Source: Desulfosoma sp.
GTDB taxonomy: Bacteria; Desulfobacterota; Syntrophobacteria; Syntrophobacterales; DSM-9756
Direction: 5' to 3'
Assembly: GCA_037481835.1 (NCBI GenBank)
Contig: JBBFKW010000006.1
Location: 152,173 to 216,172 of the forward strand
Length of the DNA: 64,000 bases
Shown: piece by piece, positions 1 through 10,722 of the stretch
Layout: every line of letters starts with the position of its first letter
Position numbering within the stretch: position 1 is the stretch's first letter
Notes under the pieces: model-generated
What the model was told of the DNA's origin: nothing
Databases searched by the model: none
The model's input: the letters and a program-made list of their open reading frames with translations, nothing else
Program-made: the position numbers and the translations under genes

Positions 1-635
1 AAGGCGAGAAGGCGCCGATCCTTGGTGATCACCAGGGGGTTGATTTCCACCAGGGAGGCGTCATAGTCCAGGCACAGCCGATACAGGGCGTGAACCATGG
101 GCAGGAACAACTTGACGATGTCGGCATCCAGGTTCAGCCCGTAGGCGAGTTTTCGGGCCATGAACGGCTGCAGCCCGACGAGCGGGTCCACGTAGACCTT
201 GACGATCTTTTCCGGCGTTTTGGCCGCCACTTCTTCGATGTCCATGCCGCCCGCCTCGCTCGCCATGAACACGATTTTCGCCGTGGATCGGTCCGGCAGG
301 AGGCTCAGGTAGAGCTCCTTTTCGATGTCCAGCCCCTCTTCCACAAGCACCTTGCGCACCAGCCGCCCTTCCGGCCCCGTCTGGTGGGTGACCAGGGTCA
401 TGCCGAGGATGCTTCCGGCGACGGAAGCCACCTCGTCGGCCGTCTTGGCCAGTTTTACGCCGCCGCCCTTGCCTCGGCCGCCCGCATGGATCTGGGCCTT
501 GATCACCACAGGCAGCGTGCCCAGATCCCGGGCCGCCGCTTGCGCTTCTTCCACCGTAAAGGCCACCCGGCCCCTGGGGATGGGGACACCGTACTTCTGA
601 AAGAGCTCCTTCGCTTGGTATTCGTGGATCTTCAT
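1..635 (-). CDS. sucC: Succinyl-CoA synthetase beta subunit (ADP-forming), truncated by the window start
   Basis: Manual translation from the ATG at 635: MKIHEYQAKELFQKYGVPIP...VIKAQIHAGGRGKGGGVK...EINPLV, hallmark SucC motifs. Absent from the ORF track because it runs off the window. Confidence 0.95.
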   Translation of the reverse strand, partial: MKIHEYQAKELFQKYGVPIPRGRVAFTVEEAQAAARDLGTLPVVIKAQIHAGGRGKGGGVKLAKTADEVASVAGSILGMTLVTHQTGPEGRLVRKVLVEEGLDIEKELYLSLLPDRSTAKIVFMASEAGGMDIEEVAAKTPEKIVKVYVDPLVGLQPFMARKLAYGLNLDADIVKLFLPMVHALYRLCLDYDASLVEINPLVITKDRRLLA

Positions 636-927
636 GGCCACCCTCTCTCGTTGATCATCCGTCGCACCACACGCCGTTTCCCAATGAAAAGTCGTTTGAA
701 GCGCCACGCGAAAAGCCCCGCCGGGCCCTTTCCGCTGCCCTCTTTCTAGATGAAAAGTTTCGCAAAGTCAAAAACCCATGCATCCCTTACGGCTTGACAT
801 TTTGGGGATCGCGATTCTGGATTCACGTTTGCCCTCATCGGTGTTAAAAGGAGCGGGTGTGAACCTGCCCGAATGGGGGGGGGGACGCTCCCGACCTGTG
901 CAACCGATTGTGCTGCGAGGCGCCGAC

Positions 928-2361
928 ATGGAATGGGAAACCGTCATCGGACTGGAAGTGCATGCGCAACTCCTTACGGAAAGCAAAATTTTCTGCGGCT
1001 GTTCCACCGCCTTCGGGGCCGCCCCCAACACGCACACGTGCCCCGTGTGCCTGGGCATGCCGGGGGTGCTGCCCGTCCTGAACCGCACCGTCGTCGAATA
1101 CGCCATGAAAATGGCTTTGGCCACCCACTGCCGCATTGCGTCCCGGTGCCGATTCGCCCGCAAGAATTACTTCTATCCGGACCTTCCGAAAAATTACCAG
1201 ATTTCCCAATACGAGGAACCGCTGGCTACGGGAGGCTGGATCGACATCGAAACGGACGCCGGAACACGCCGGATCGGCATCACCCGCATCCACATGGAAG
1301 AGGACGCGGGAAAGCTCATCCACGACGAGACCCAGCCGGTGAGCTACGTGGATTTCAATCGCACGGGCGTGCCGCTCATCGAAATCGTGAGCGAACCCGA
1401 CATCCGGACTCCGGAAGAAGCCGCCGCTTATCTCCGGACGCTGCGGGACATCCTGCGCTACCTGGGCGTCTGCGACGGCAACATGGAAGAAGGGAGTTTC
1501 CGCTGCGACGCCAACATCAGCCTTCGGCCTGTGGGCAGCACGGCTTTCGGCGTCAAGACGGAACTCAAGAACATGAATTCCTTCCGAAACGTGCAACGCG
1601 CCCTGGAATTCGAAGTGCGCCGCCAGCGCGCCCTGCTCGACAAAGGGGAAGCCGTCGTCCAGGAAACGCGCCTGTGGGATGCGGGCCGGGGAGTGACGGT
1701 GAGCATGCGGGGCAAGGAAGAAGCCCACGATTACCGCTATTTTCCCGACCCCGATCTGGTCCCGCTGGTCATCGATTCGGAATGGATCGAGTCCGTCCGC
1801 AGAAGCCTTCCCGAACTTCCCGACGCCAAGCGGGAACGCTTCATGGCCCAATACGAACTGCCGGCCTACGATGCGGCGGTGCTCACCGCATCCAAAGACG
1901 TGGCCGACTATTTTGAAGCGGTCCTGGCGGACTTTCCCCAGCCCAAGACGGTGAGCAACTGGATCATGAGCGAACTGATGCGGGAACTCAAACGGGACGA
2001 ACGCGATATCGACGCCTGCCCCGTGCCGCCCAAGCACCTGGCCGAACTGCTGCAGCTCATGGAAAAGAACGTCATCAGCGGAAAACTGGCCAAGTCGGTT
2101 TTCAAGGACATGTACGAAACGGGGGCGGCCCCGTCCCGGATCGTGGAAGAAAAGGGCCTCCGCCAGGTGACCGACGAAGGGGCTTTGGCGGCCGTGATCG
2201 ACCAGGTGCTTGAGGAAAACCCCAAGGAAGTGGACGCCTATCGACAGGGCAAAGAAAAATTGATGGGTTTTTTTGTCGGCCAGGTCATGCAGAAAACCCG
2301 GGGCAAGGCCAATCCCCAGCTTGTCAATCGCATCCTGAAAGAAAAGCTTTCCACATCTTAG
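928..2361 (+). CDS. gatB: Asp/Glu-tRNA amidotransferase subunit B
   Basis: [61 protein letters not shown]. Start placed at ATG 928, not 778. Confidence 0.97.
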   Translation: MEWETVIGLEVHAQLLTESKIFCGCSTAFGAAPNTHTCPVCLGMPGVLPVLNRTVVEYAMKMALATHCRIASRCRFARKNYFYPDLPKNYQISQYEEPLATGGWIDIETDAGTRRIGITRIHMEEDAGKLIHDETQPVSYVDFNRTGVPLIEIVSEPDIRTPEEAAAYLRTLRDILRYLGVCDGNMEEGSFRCDANISLRPVGSTAFGVKTELKNMNSFRNVQRALEFEVRRQRALLDKGEAVVQETRLWDAGRGVTVSMRGKEEAHDYRYFPDPDLVPLVIDSEWIESVRRSLPELPDAKRERFMAQYELPAYDAAVLTASKDVADYFEAVLADFPQPKTVSNWIMSELMRELKRDERDIDACPVPPKHLAELLQLMEKNVISGKLAKSVFKDMYETGAAPSRIVEEKGLRQVTDEGALAAVIDQVLEENPKEVDAYRQGKEKLMGFFVGQVMQKTRGKANPQLVNRILKEKLSTS

Positions 2362-2381
2362 TGAATTAAAGGAGCGCCCCC

Positions 2382-3443
2382 ATGTCCGGATCATCCCTTC
2401 GGCCCATATGGTGGGACGGCGACGCCGTCATGATCGTCGATCAGAGGTTGTTGCCGCACAAGCACAAGGTTCTGCGGTGCACCACTCCCGACGAAGTCAT
2501 CCGGGCCATCAAGACCATGGCCATCCGCGGCGCGCCCGCCGTGGGGATCGCCGGAGCCATGGCCGCGGCTCTGGGGGCTCGAACCGTCACGGCCGCCGAC
2601 GTGGCCACCTTCCGGCGAAAATTCACGCACCTGTGCGAACGCATCCGCTCCGCCCGCCCCACGGGGAACAATTTGAGCTGGGCCGTGGATGCGGTCTTCG
2701 CCGTGGTCATCGAAAACCCAGGAGCCGACGTGCCCGAGCTGCAGCGGCTCATCCGCCGAAAATCGGAAGAAATCCTCGCGGAAGACATCCGCACCAACGA
2801 GGCCATTGGGCGGTGGGGGGCGGAAATCGTGCCCAAAGGGGCGCGGATCCTGACCTACTGCAACGCGGGGGCTCTGGCCACCGGGGACTACGGAACCGCC
2901 TTGGGAGTGGTGCGCGCCGCTTTCGCCGCGGACCCGTCCATCCACGTGACCTGCTGTGAAACCCGCCCGTTCCTTCAAGGAAGCCGCCTGACGGCCTACG
3001 AACTCATGACGGAAAAGATCCCCTGCACCCTGATTACGGACAACGCCGCGGGAAGCCTCATGCAGCAGCGGAAAATCGACCTCGTGATCGTGGGAGCGGA
3101 CCGGATCGCCGCCAACGGGGATACGGCCAACAAAATCGGGACTTACACCCTGGCCGTGCTCGCCCAGGCCCACGGCATTCCTTTTTTCGTCGCGGCGCCC
3201 CGATCCACCATCGACCCCAGGCTCCCCAACGGAGCCGGCATCCCCATCGAACAGAGGGATCCCCGGGAAGTGACCCATTTTTACGGCCGGCTTGTGGCAC
3301 CCCGGGGCATGGCGGCCGCAAACCCGGCCTTCGACGTCACCCCTCACCGGCTTATCACGGGGATCGTCACTGAAGTCGGGGTCATCCGAAAGCCTTTCAC
3401 CCGAGGCATCCGAAGGGCCCTGGAGGCGCCGCCGCCGGCATGA
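2382..3443 (+). CDS. mtnA: Methylthioribose-1-phosphate isomerase
   Basis: DQRLLP, IRGAPAVG, CNAGALAT, ETRPFLQG, GADRIAANGDTANKIGTY, NPAFDVTP; AAGGAG RBS. Confidence 0.95.
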   Translation: MSGSSLRPIWWDGDAVMIVDQRLLPHKHKVLRCTTPDEVIRAIKTMAIRGAPAVGIAGAMAAALGARTVTAADVATFRRKFTHLCERIRSARPTGNNLSWAVDAVFAVVIENPGADVPELQRLIRRKSEEILAEDIRTNEAIGRWGAEIVPKGARILTYCNAGALATGDYGTALGVVRAAFAADPSIHVTCCETRPFLQGSRLTAYELMTEKIPCTLITDNAAGSLMQQRKIDLVIVGADRIAANGDTANKIGTYTLAVLAQAHGIPFFVAAPRSTIDPRLPNGAGIPIEQRDPREVTHFYGRLVAPRGMAAANPAFDVTPHRLITGIVTEVGVIRKPFTRGIRRALEAPPPA

Positions 3444-3461
3444 CGAAAAAGCCACGCACCC

Positions 3462-4826
3462 TTACCCGAACAGGCGTTTGACGGCTTCGGCGACTGAACG
3501 CACCCCGAGGCATACCCCTTGGGGATCGCAGGCGGCCAGCTGTTCCTGATTGCCGCGGGGACAAACCACGGTTCGAAACCCCAAGGAGACCGCCTCGGCG
3601 AGACGCCTCGCCGCGTGCCCCACGCCGCGCACTTCCCCCGACAGGCCCACTTCCCCCCAGGCCACGAGATCCTCGGGCAAGGGGGCATCCATGGCGGACC
3701 CGGCCACGGCCAGAACCACCGCAAGATCCGCGGCGGTTTCGGTGAGTTTCACACCGCCCGCCACGTTGACAAAGACGTCCTGCTGGAGAAAACTGAATCC
3801 CGCCTTTTTTTCCAGCACGGCCAGGAGCAAGGACACGCGGTTGGCATCCACGCCCATGAAGGTGCGTCGCGGCTGCGCCCAGCCGCTGGACGACACCAGA
3901 GCCTGCACTTCCACCAGAATGGGCCGCGTGCCTTCCATGGCGCAGACGACCACGGACCCGGAAACCCCTTTGGGCCGTTCGGCCAGGAGGAACCGGGACG
4001 GGTTGGGCACCTGCTCCAAACCCGTTTCCTTCATTTCGAAGACACCGATTTCGTTGGTGGATCCGAACCGGTTCTTGACCGCTCGAAGGAGCCGGAACGT
4101 GTGGCTGCGGTCCCCTTCCAGGTACAGGACCGCATCCACCAAGTGTTCCAGGACGCGCGGCCCGGCCACGATCCCCTCCTTGGTCACGTGGCCCACGAGG
4201 AAGACCCCGATGTTTTTCTCCTTGGCCAGACGCTGCAGCCACGCCGCCGATTCCCTCACCTGGGATACGGACCCCGGGGCGCTTTCCAAAAGATCCAGGC
4301 GCATGGTCTGGATGGAATCCACGGCCAGGACGGCCGGAGGCCGTTTCTGCACCAGGGACTCCAGGGCGTCCAGGTTCGTTTCGGCAAGCACCCAGAGATC
4401 GTCGGTGCGTTCCAGGCCCAGGCGCTGGGCGCGGAGCTTGATCTGGGCGAGGCTTTCTTCGCCGGAGACGTAGAGCACGGGGCCGAGCCGGGCCATGCGG
4501 CCCAGGGCCTGCAGGAGCAAGGTGGACTTGCCGATCCCGGGATCTCCGGCAAGGAGAATGAGGGATCCCGGCACCAGGCCTCCTCCCAAAACCCGGTCCC
4601 ATTCGTCCAGGCCTGATTTGAGGCGCATTTCGCCGGTCACGGGCATGTCGAAAAGGCGAACCGGTTCGGCGCATGGAGCACGACCCTTGGCGGAAGAACC
4701 CGCGGGGGCGGCTTTGACGGCTTCCTGGAGCGTGTTCCAGGCCTGGCAGCCGGGACAGCGCCCGAGCCACTTGGGAGTTTCGTAGCCGCATTCCACGCAT
4801 TGGAAAATCGTTTTATCTTTAACCAT
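3462..4826 (-). CDS. radA: DNA repair protein RadA/Sms
   Basis: N-terminal C4 zinc finger (CVECG...CPGC), Walker A GDPGIGKST, KNRFG motif. Confidence 0.97.
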   Translation of the reverse strand: MVKDKTIFQCVECGYETPKWLGRCPGCQAWNTLQEAVKAAPAGSSAKGRAPCAEPVRLFDMPVTGEMRLKSGLDEWDRVLGGGLVPGSLILLAGDPGIGKSTLLLQALGRMARLGPVLYVSGEESLAQIKLRAQRLGLERTDDLWVLAETNLDALESLVQKRPPAVLAVDSIQTMRLDLLESAPGSVSQVRESAAWLQRLAKEKNIGVFLVGHVTKEGIVAGPRVLEHLVDAVLYLEGDRSHTFRLLRAVKNRFGSTNEIGVFEMKETGLEQVPNPSRFLLAERPKGVSGSVVVCAMEGTRPILVEVQALVSSSGWAQPRRTFMGVDANRVSLLLAVLEKKAGFSFLQQDVFVNVAGGVKLTETAADLAVVLAVAGSAMDAPLPEDLVAWGEVGLSGEVRGVGHAARRLAEAVSLGFRTVVCPRGNQEQLAACDPQGVCLGVRSVAEAVKRLFG

Positions 4827-4989
4827 AACGAGAAACTCCCGTGACGCCGGCTGAGAAAAAACGGGCGAGCGGCCCCTTTCCGCTTAGGACTACTCCGGGA
4901 CGGCGGTGATTTTCAAGTGGACAAAGGGCGCCGAGGTCGCTAGGGTCACTTTGATAGGGAAGGCAATGGGGAGCCGGGCTTGGCTGACG

Positions 4990-5018
4990 TTGACAAAAAA
5001 AGCGGGGTGGTTTATAGT
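4990..5018 (+). promoter_or_regulatory. Sigma-70 promoter for trxA-trxB
   Basis: TTGACA (4990-4995), 17-bp spacer, TATAGT (5013-5018), ~90 bp upstream of trxA. Confidence 0.75.
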
Positions 5019-5110
5019 CCCCGCATTGTGAACGACGCGGCACAGTATGGAAAAAACCCGGAGACGGCCCCATCGGACCGCTGGCACAATTTCCAGGGAG
5101 GCGTGCACAC

Positions 5111-5443
5111 ATGGCTGGAAAGAACATCATTGAAATCAGCGACAACAGTTTCGAACAGGAAGTGCTCCAATCCAGCATTCCGGTTCTTGTGGATTTCTGG
5201 GCGCCGTGGTGCGGTCCGTGTCGCGCCATCGCTCCGGTCATCGATGAACTGTCCGTGGAATACGCGGGAAAGCTCAAAGTGGCCAAGTGCAACGTGGATG
5301 AAAATCCCAACACGCCCGCACGGTTCGGCATTCGGGCCATCCCGACCCTGATCATTTTCAAGAACGGCAACGTCACGGAACAGATCACGGGCGCCGTCGC
5401 CAAATCCCAGATCGCCGCCGCGGTGGACAAGGTGGTCGCCTAA
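5111..5443 (+). CDS. trxA: Thioredoxin
   Basis: WCGPC active site, 110 aa, GGAGG RBS. Confidence 0.97.
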   Translation: MAGKNIIEISDNSFEQEVLQSSIPVLVDFWAPWCGPCRAIAPVIDELSVEYAGKLKVAKCNVDENPNTPARFGIRAIPTLIIFKNGNVTEQITGAVAKSQIAAAVDKVVA

Positions 5444-5526
5444 TTCTCCCTCTTCCCACAACCCAGACCGCCATGGACCTTTTTCCCGGTCCATGAACGC
5501 TCTTCACGGATGCGTGCCCATTTCCC

Positions 5527-6468
5527 ATGACAACGCCTGAACCGTACGACATGGTGATCGTGGGCGGGGGGCCGGCCGGATTGACGGCCGCCCTATACGC
5601 CTGTCGCGCCCGTTACAAAACCCTCCTGGTGGAACGGATCGGCTTGGGCGGCCAGCTCCTCACCTACGAAAAGGTGGACAACTACCCGGGTTTCCCGGAA
5701 GGGATCACCACGTTCGAACTGACGGAACTCTTCAAAGCCCAGGCGGTGCGCTTCGGCATGGAACATCGCAGCGCCGAAGTCACGTCCATGGACGTCTCGG
5801 GCCCCGTCAAGGTCTTGCACACGGCCGACGGCCCGATCCGGGCCAAGGCGGTGGTCATCGCCACGGGCTGCGCGCCGAGAAAACTCCAGGTCAAGGGCGA
5901 AGCCGAATTCACCGGCCGGGGGGTTTCCTACTGCGCCGTGTGCGACGGGCCCTTTTACCGCAATGAATCCGTGGCCGTCGTGGGCGGAGGGGACACGGCG
6001 GTGGAAGAAGCCGTCTACCTCACCAAGTTCGCCTCCCAGGTCCACATCATCCACCGCCGGGACGCCCTGCGGGCCGTCAAAGTCATCCAGGAAGAAGCTT
6101 TCGCCAATCCCAAGATCACCGTCCACTGGAACCGGGTCGTCACCGAAATCCACGGCGGCCCCCAAGGCGTGACGGACTTGGCCCTCCAGGATACTCTGAC
6201 CGGCGACGTTTCCCGACTCGAAGTGTCCGGCGTTTTCATCTTCGTCGGCCTGATTCCCAACACCCATTGGCTTCCCGAAGCCGTCCGACGCGATCCCCTG
6301 GGATTTGTCATCACCGATGACGATATGGCCACGTCGGTTCCCGGGGTGTTCGCCGCAGGAGACGTGCGGGCCAAGACCCTCCGCCAGATCGTCACCGCCG
6401 TCGGCGACGGCGCCACGGCCGCCTTCAACGCCGGGCGTTACATCGAATCCCCGGCCCACCACGGATAA
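5527..6468 (+). CDS. trxB: Thioredoxin-disulfide reductase
   Basis: GGGPAG, CAVC redox motif, GGGDTA, GVFAAGD. Confidence 0.96.
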   Translation: MTTPEPYDMVIVGGGPAGLTAALYACRARYKTLLVERIGLGGQLLTYEKVDNYPGFPEGITTFELTELFKAQAVRFGMEHRSAEVTSMDVSGPVKVLHTADGPIRAKAVVIATGCAPRKLQVKGEAEFTGRGVSYCAVCDGPFYRNESVAVVGGGDTAVEEAVYLTKFASQVHIIHRRDALRAVKVIQEEAFANPKITVHWNRVVTEIHGGPQGVTDLALQDTLTGDVSRLEVSGVFIFVGLIPNTHWLPEAVRRDPLGFVITDDDMATSVPGVFAAGDVRAKTLRQIVTAVGDGATAAFNAGRYIESPAHHG

Positions 6469-6503
6469 GGGACCTTGGATCCATCGGTCATGGAGTCCCC
6501 CCC

Positions 6504-7271
6504 ATGAAAGAGACAGCGCAGACGTCACGACCAGAACGCATGGCGCGCTTCCTGGCGGCCCTTGCGCTCTGCACGGTGCTTCTCACCGGCTGCGGCACGA
6601 ACCTTCTCAACTATTACTTCGACGACCTGTTCGATTCCGGGGATTCCATCGAGCGCACCCCGGAACAGCTGGCGTGGGAAGGCATGGAAGCCATGCGCGC
6701 CAAGAAGTACGGCAAGGCCTTGGAATCGTTCCAGAAGCTCAAAGAACGCTACCCCTACAGCAAGTACGCCATCCTGGCGGAACTCAAGATCGGGGACGCC
6801 CATTTTTACAAGAAAAACTACGAGGAAGCCGCTCTGGCCTACGAGGAATTCGCGCGGCTTCACCCCCGCAACGAAGTCATCCCGTACGTGCTGTACCAGT
6901 TGGGCATGAGCCAGTATCTCATCTCGCCGTCCGTGGACCGGGACCAGGACCAGACCCGCAAGGCCATGGAAACCTTCCGGCGGCTTATGGAGCTCTACCC
7001 CGGCACGGAATACGCCTCCAAGGCCAAAGTCCAGATCCTGGAATGCGAAAAGCGCATTGCGGCCCATGAATTCCGCATCGCCCGCATGCATTACCGCATG
7101 GGCAAGTACCGGGCCGCGGAGCTGCGCCTGACGCGGCTTCAGGAAGACTACCCGCAGGCGGTGGAAAAACTGGGCTTTCAGAAGGACATCGAAAAGATGC
7201 TCGCCGACTGTCGTGAATGCCTCAACCGTCAAGGGGACGGCAAGAGCATTTGGACTCGGCTGGGATTCTAA
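6504..7271 (+). CDS. bamD: Outer membrane assembly lipoprotein BamD
   Basis: Lipobox LTGC, TPR-like helices, YPYSKYA, DRDQ motif. Start could be 6540. Confidence 0.85.
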   Translation: MKETAQTSRPERMARFLAALALCTVLLTGCGTNLLNYYFDDLFDSGDSIERTPEQLAWEGMEAMRAKKYGKALESFQKLKERYPYSKYAILAELKIGDAHFYKKNYEEAALAYEEFARLHPRNEVIPYVLYQLGMSQYLISPSVDRDQDQTRKAMETFRRLMELYPGTEYASKAKVQILECEKRIAAHEFRIARMHYRMGKYRAAELRLTRLQEDYPQAVEKLGFQKDIEKMLADCRECLNRQGDGKSIWTRLGF

Positions 7272-7294
7272 CGGCGGGATAAAGGGAAGGAGTC

Positions 7295-8611
7295 ATGATC
7301 GAAAACAACCACAACAACACGGCGAGCGCGGCAGCGAAGAAAGAAGTGCCCACCCACCGCGAAATGAACCTGGTGGAACTCAAGAGGCGCAACATCAAGG
7401 AACTGGTGGCTTTGGCGCGGGCCCTGCAAATCGAAGGGGCCACGTCCATGCGAAAGCAGGACCTGATCTTCGCCATCCTCCAGGCCCAGGCGGAAATGAG
7501 CGGCCTCATCTACGGCGAGGGCGTCCTGGAAATTCTTCCGGACGGCTTCGGATTCCTGCGCACCCAGGACTACAATTACCTGCCCGGGCCGGACGACATC
7601 TACGTGAGTCCGTCTCAGATCCGGCGGTTCAACCTGCGCACGGGCGATACCATTTCGGGCCAGATCCGTCCGCCCAAGGACAACGAACGCTACTTCGCCC
7701 TCCTCAAGGTCGAAGCGGTCAACTTCGAAGAACCCGAAGTGGCCAAGGACAAGATCCTCTTCGACAACCTCACGCCCATCTACCCCGATCGGCGCATTAA
7801 CCTGGAAACCACGCCGGACAACTATTCCACGCGGGTCATGGATCTGCTCACCCCCGTCGGCTTCGGCCAACGCGGCCTCATCGTGGCCCCGCCCCGCACC
7901 GGCAAGACCATGCTTTTGCAAAACATCGCCAACGCCATCGCCAAGAACCACCGGGACGCCTACCTCATCGTCCTCCTCATCGATGAGCGCCCGGAAGAAG
8001 TCACCGACATGGAACGCAACGTCCGGGCCGAAGTGGTCAGTTCCACCTTCGACGAACCGGCCCAGCGCCACGTGCAGGTGGCGGAAATGGTCATCGAAAA
8101 GGCCAAGCGCCTCGTGGAACACCGCCGCGACGTGGTGATCCTCCTGGACAGCATCACGCGCCTCGCCCGAGCCTACAACACGGTGGTGCCCCCCAGCGGC
8201 AAGATCCTCTCCGGAGGCTTGGATTCCAACGCGCTCCATCGCCCGAAACGCTTTTTCGGCGCGGCCCGAAACATCGAACAAGGCGGCAGCTTGACCATCA
8301 TCGCCACGGCCCTCATCGATACGGGAAGCCGCATGGATGAAGTGATTTTCGAAGAATTCAAGGGCACGGGCAACATGGAAATCCACCTGGATCGAAAGCT
8401 CGCCGATCGACGCATCTTCCCGGCCATCGACATCAACAAGTCCGGCACCCGAAAAGAAGAGCTGCTCCTGCCGCCCGAAGATCTAAATCGCATCTGGATC
8501 CTCAGAAAACTCCTCTCGCCTCTGAACCCCGTGGACGCCATGGAATTCCTCCTGGACAAGATGCAGGGAACCAAGGACAACGCCGACTTCCTGGCTTCCA
8601 TGAACCGCTAA
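7295..8611 (+). CDS. rho: Transcription termination factor Rho
   Basis: [37 protein letters not shown]. Confidence 0.98.
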   Translation: MIENNHNNTASAAAKKEVPTHREMNLVELKRRNIKELVALARALQIEGATSMRKQDLIFAILQAQAEMSGLIYGEGVLEILPDGFGFLRTQDYNYLPGPDDIYVSPSQIRRFNLRTGDTISGQIRPPKDNERYFALLKVEAVNFEEPEVAKDKILFDNLTPIYPDRRINLETTPDNYSTRVMDLLTPVGFGQRGLIVAPPRTGKTMLLQNIANAIAKNHRDAYLIVLLIDERPEEVTDMERNVRAEVVSSTFDEPAQRHVQVAEMVIEKAKRLVEHRRDVVILLDSITRLARAYNTVVPPSGKILSGGLDSNALHRPKRFFGAARNIEQGGSLTIIATALIDTGSRMDEVIFEEFKGTGNMEIHLDRKLADRRIFPAIDINKSGTRKEELLLPPEDLNRIWILRKLLSPLNPVDAMEFLLDKMQGTKDNADFLASMNR

Positions 8612-8618
8612 AAAGGGC

Positions 8619-8646
8619 TTGAATCGCACCGCCTTGTGGGTATACT
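8619..8646 (+). promoter_or_regulatory. Sigma-70-like promoter for rpmE
   Basis: TTGAAT-N16-TATACT immediately upstream of the rpmE RBS (GGAGG). Confidence 0.55.
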
Positions 8647-8684
8647 TAGGGGCTCTTGAAAGAAGAACCCATACGGAGGCGACG

Positions 8685-8918
8685 ATGAAAAAGGACATTC
8701 ACCCGCAGTACTTCCAGACGGTCATCCGCTGCGCGTGCGGCAACGAAATCCAGACGGGTTCCACGAAAAAAGACATCCGCGTGGAAATCTGTTCCAAGTG
8801 CCATCCGTTCTTTACGGGAAAGCAAAAACTTGTGGACACCGGCGGGCGCATCGAACGGTTCATGAAAAAGTACGAGCAGTATCACAAGAACCAAGAAAAA
8901 GCCGAAGAAAACCGTTAG
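8685..8918 (+). CDS. rpmE: 50S ribosomal protein L31 (zinc-binding type)
   Basis: MKKDIHP...CACG...[13 protein letters not shown]...GRIERF; ATG 8685 after GGAGG. Confidence 0.97.
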   Translation: MKKDIHPQYFQTVIRCACGNEIQTGSTKKDIRVEICSKCHPFFTGKQKLVDTGGRIERFMKKYEQYHKNQEKAEENR

Positions 8919-9018
8919 ACCCCGTCGCCCGGATCCTCCCCCTTTGGGGTGCCGCACCCCAGGGAAATGCAAGAGTGTCCGGGTTTTTTGTGTCCTGTGA
9001 AAGGGACGAAGGACCGCC

Positions 9019-10086
9019 ATGTTTGAACGATTGGCCGGGCTGGAAGAGCGTTACGCCGAATTGGAAAAGCTTTTGAGCGACCCCGAGCTGCTGAGTCAGC
9101 CCAAGGAGTACCAGAAGGTCGCCAAGGAACATGCCGACTTGAGCCCCCTGGTGGAGACGCTGCGGCGTTACCGCAAGGCCCGGGAGGAGATGGAAGCCAA
9201 CCAGGACCTGCTGCGCAAGGAAGACGACCCGGAAATGCGCGAGCTCATCCGGGAAGACCTGAACCGGCTGCGCGAAGAACTGGAAAAGACCGAAGCCGAG
9301 CTGAAGCGCATGCTCGTGCCCAAGGATCCCAACGATGAACGAAACGTCATCCTGGAAATCCGAGCGGGCACGGGCGGTGAGGAAGCGGCCCTTTTCGCCG
9401 CCGATCTTTTCAGGATGTATTCGCGCTACGCCGAAAACCGCGGCTGGAAGGTGGAACTCCTGGACGTGCATCCCACAGGGATCGGCGGGTTCAAGGAAGT
9501 GATCGCCGCCATCAACGGCGCGGGGGCCTTCAGCCGGCTGAAATTCGAACGGGGAGTCCACCGGGTGCAGCGCGTGCCGGAAACGGAGAGCCAGGGACGC
9601 ATCCACACGTCGGCCGTAACCGTGGCCGTGCTCCCCGAAGCCGAAGAAGTGGACGTGGACATCGACCCCAACGATCTTCGCGTGGACGTCTTCCGCTCCT
9701 CGGGCCCTGGAGGCCAAAGCGTCAACACGACGGATTCGGCCGTGCGCATCACCCACATCCCCACAGGGCTTGTGGTCATCTGCCAGGACGAGAAATCCCA
9801 GCACAAGAACAAGGCCAAGGCCATGAAGGTGCTCCGGGCCCGGCTGCTGGACATGATGCGTTCGGAACAGGAAGCCAAGATCGCCCAGGAACGCAAGAGC
9901 CAGGTGGGATCGGGCGACCGCAGCGAACGGATCCGCACCTACAACTTCCCCCAAAACCGCGTCACCGACCACCGCATCAACCTCACGCTCTACAAGCTGG
10001 AAGAAGTCATGCAAGGGGCCCTGGACGATATCATCGACCCGCTCATCGCCGCCGCCCAGGCCGAAGCGTTGCAGGAAGGGACGTAA
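9019..10086 (+). CDS. prfA: Peptide chain release factor 1
   Basis: GGQ motif, PET (PxT) anticodon motif, [10 protein letters not shown]; rho-rpmE-prfA-prmC-murA synteny. Confidence 0.97.
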   Translation: MFERLAGLEERYAELEKLLSDPELLSQPKEYQKVAKEHADLSPLVETLRRYRKAREEMEANQDLLRKEDDPEMRELIREDLNRLREELEKTEAELKRMLVPKDPNDERNVILEIRAGTGGEEAALFAADLFRMYSRYAENRGWKVELLDVHPTGIGGFKEVIAAINGAGAFSRLKFERGVHRVQRVPETESQGRIHTSAVTVAVLPEAEEVDVDIDPNDLRVDVFRSSGPGGQSVNTTDSAVRITHIPTGLVVICQDEKSQHKNKAKAMKVLRARLLDMMRSEQEAKIAQERKSQVGSGDRSERIRTYNFPQNRVTDHRINLTLYKLEEVMQGALDDIIDPLIAAAQAEALQEGT

Positions 10087-10147
10087 TTGCGTTATTTCGT
10101 AATTGCGTTATTGCGTAATTGGGTCATTAGGGCATTGGGGCATTGCG
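10084..10147. repeat. Octamer tandem repeat block 1 (8 degenerate units, TAATTGCG/TCATTAGG type)
   Basis: taattgcg ttatttcg taattgcg ttattgcg taattggg tcattagg gcattggg gcattgcg; the first unit contains the prfA stop codon. Confidence 0.85.
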
Positions 10148-10196
10148 TGATGGAGTCTTCGTTGGGAGACCGCGATGGGTGACCGCGTTCGTGATT

Positions 10197-10291
10197 TTGT
10201 CGGCACTCGCTGCGCTCACCCCAACCGACATCTCGCCGGCCCCCATCCTTGGAAAAACTCGTAGGTTGGGGTGAGCGAAGCGAACCCCAAC
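10197..10291. repeat. Inverted pair of GTAG-type REP-like palindromes
   Basis: GTAGGTTGGGGTGAGCGAAGCGAACCCCAAC at 10261-10291 (GTAG tag followed by a hairpin) and a degenerate opposite-strand copy at ~10197-10229. Confidence 0.7.
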
Positions 10292-10394
10292 GCCCATCGC
10301 GCTCGGCCAAGACAACGAACCACGGTGTCCGGCCTTGCCAGGCTCTCAACGCGACTTACGTGGGCAATGAGCCATTGTCGGACAAGCTCCCAAA

Positions 10395-10482
10395 CCATTG
10401 CGCAACTGCGTAATTGGGGCATTAAGTCATTAGGTCATTAGGTCATTAGGTCACTAGGTCACTAGGTCATTAGGTCATTAGG
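10395..10482. repeat. Octamer tandem repeat block 2 (11 units, TCATTAGG consensus)
   Basis: ccattgcg caactgcg taattggg gcattaag (tcattagg)3 (tcactagg)2 (tcattagg)2. Confidence 0.9.
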
Positions 10483-10601
10483 AGCGTGTCCGAGAATGGC
10501 ATATTCCTGGGAGCGCGGGCGTCTCGCCCGCCCTACAAGCGGCCCGGAGGCCCGCACTCCCAGGGAAAACATCGTCATTTTTCATTGTCGGACAAGCTCC
10601 T
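10480..10601. mobile_element. MITE-like element with 19-bp imperfect terminal inverted repeats and an internal palindrome
   Basis: AGGAGCGTGTCCGAGAATG vs the reverse complement of CATTGTCGGACAAGCTCCT (17/19); internal CCTGGGAGCGCGGGC...GCCCGCACTCCCAGG. A second identical right end lies at 10373-10390. Confidence 0.65.
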
Positions 10602-10722
10602 GGGGCATTTGGTCATTGGGCATGAGGTTACTGGGTTGTTGGGTCAGGGGGTTGGGCGGCTCGGGGACCCGCTGCTCGTTTCTCCCTCCGGCACCCTCGA
10701 ATCAGTCTTTCGGCTTTTATCC

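Noticed and set aside
8928..8990. Hairpin plus T-run between rpmE and prfA as a terminator or structured RNA
   Set aside because: The CCCGGA/TCCGGG stem encloses a long loop with an inner hairpin; plausible but too weak to call.
10486..10722. N-terminal extension of PrmC
   Set aside because: It is translated MITE and octamer sequence; PrmC-like sequence starts at ATG 10723.
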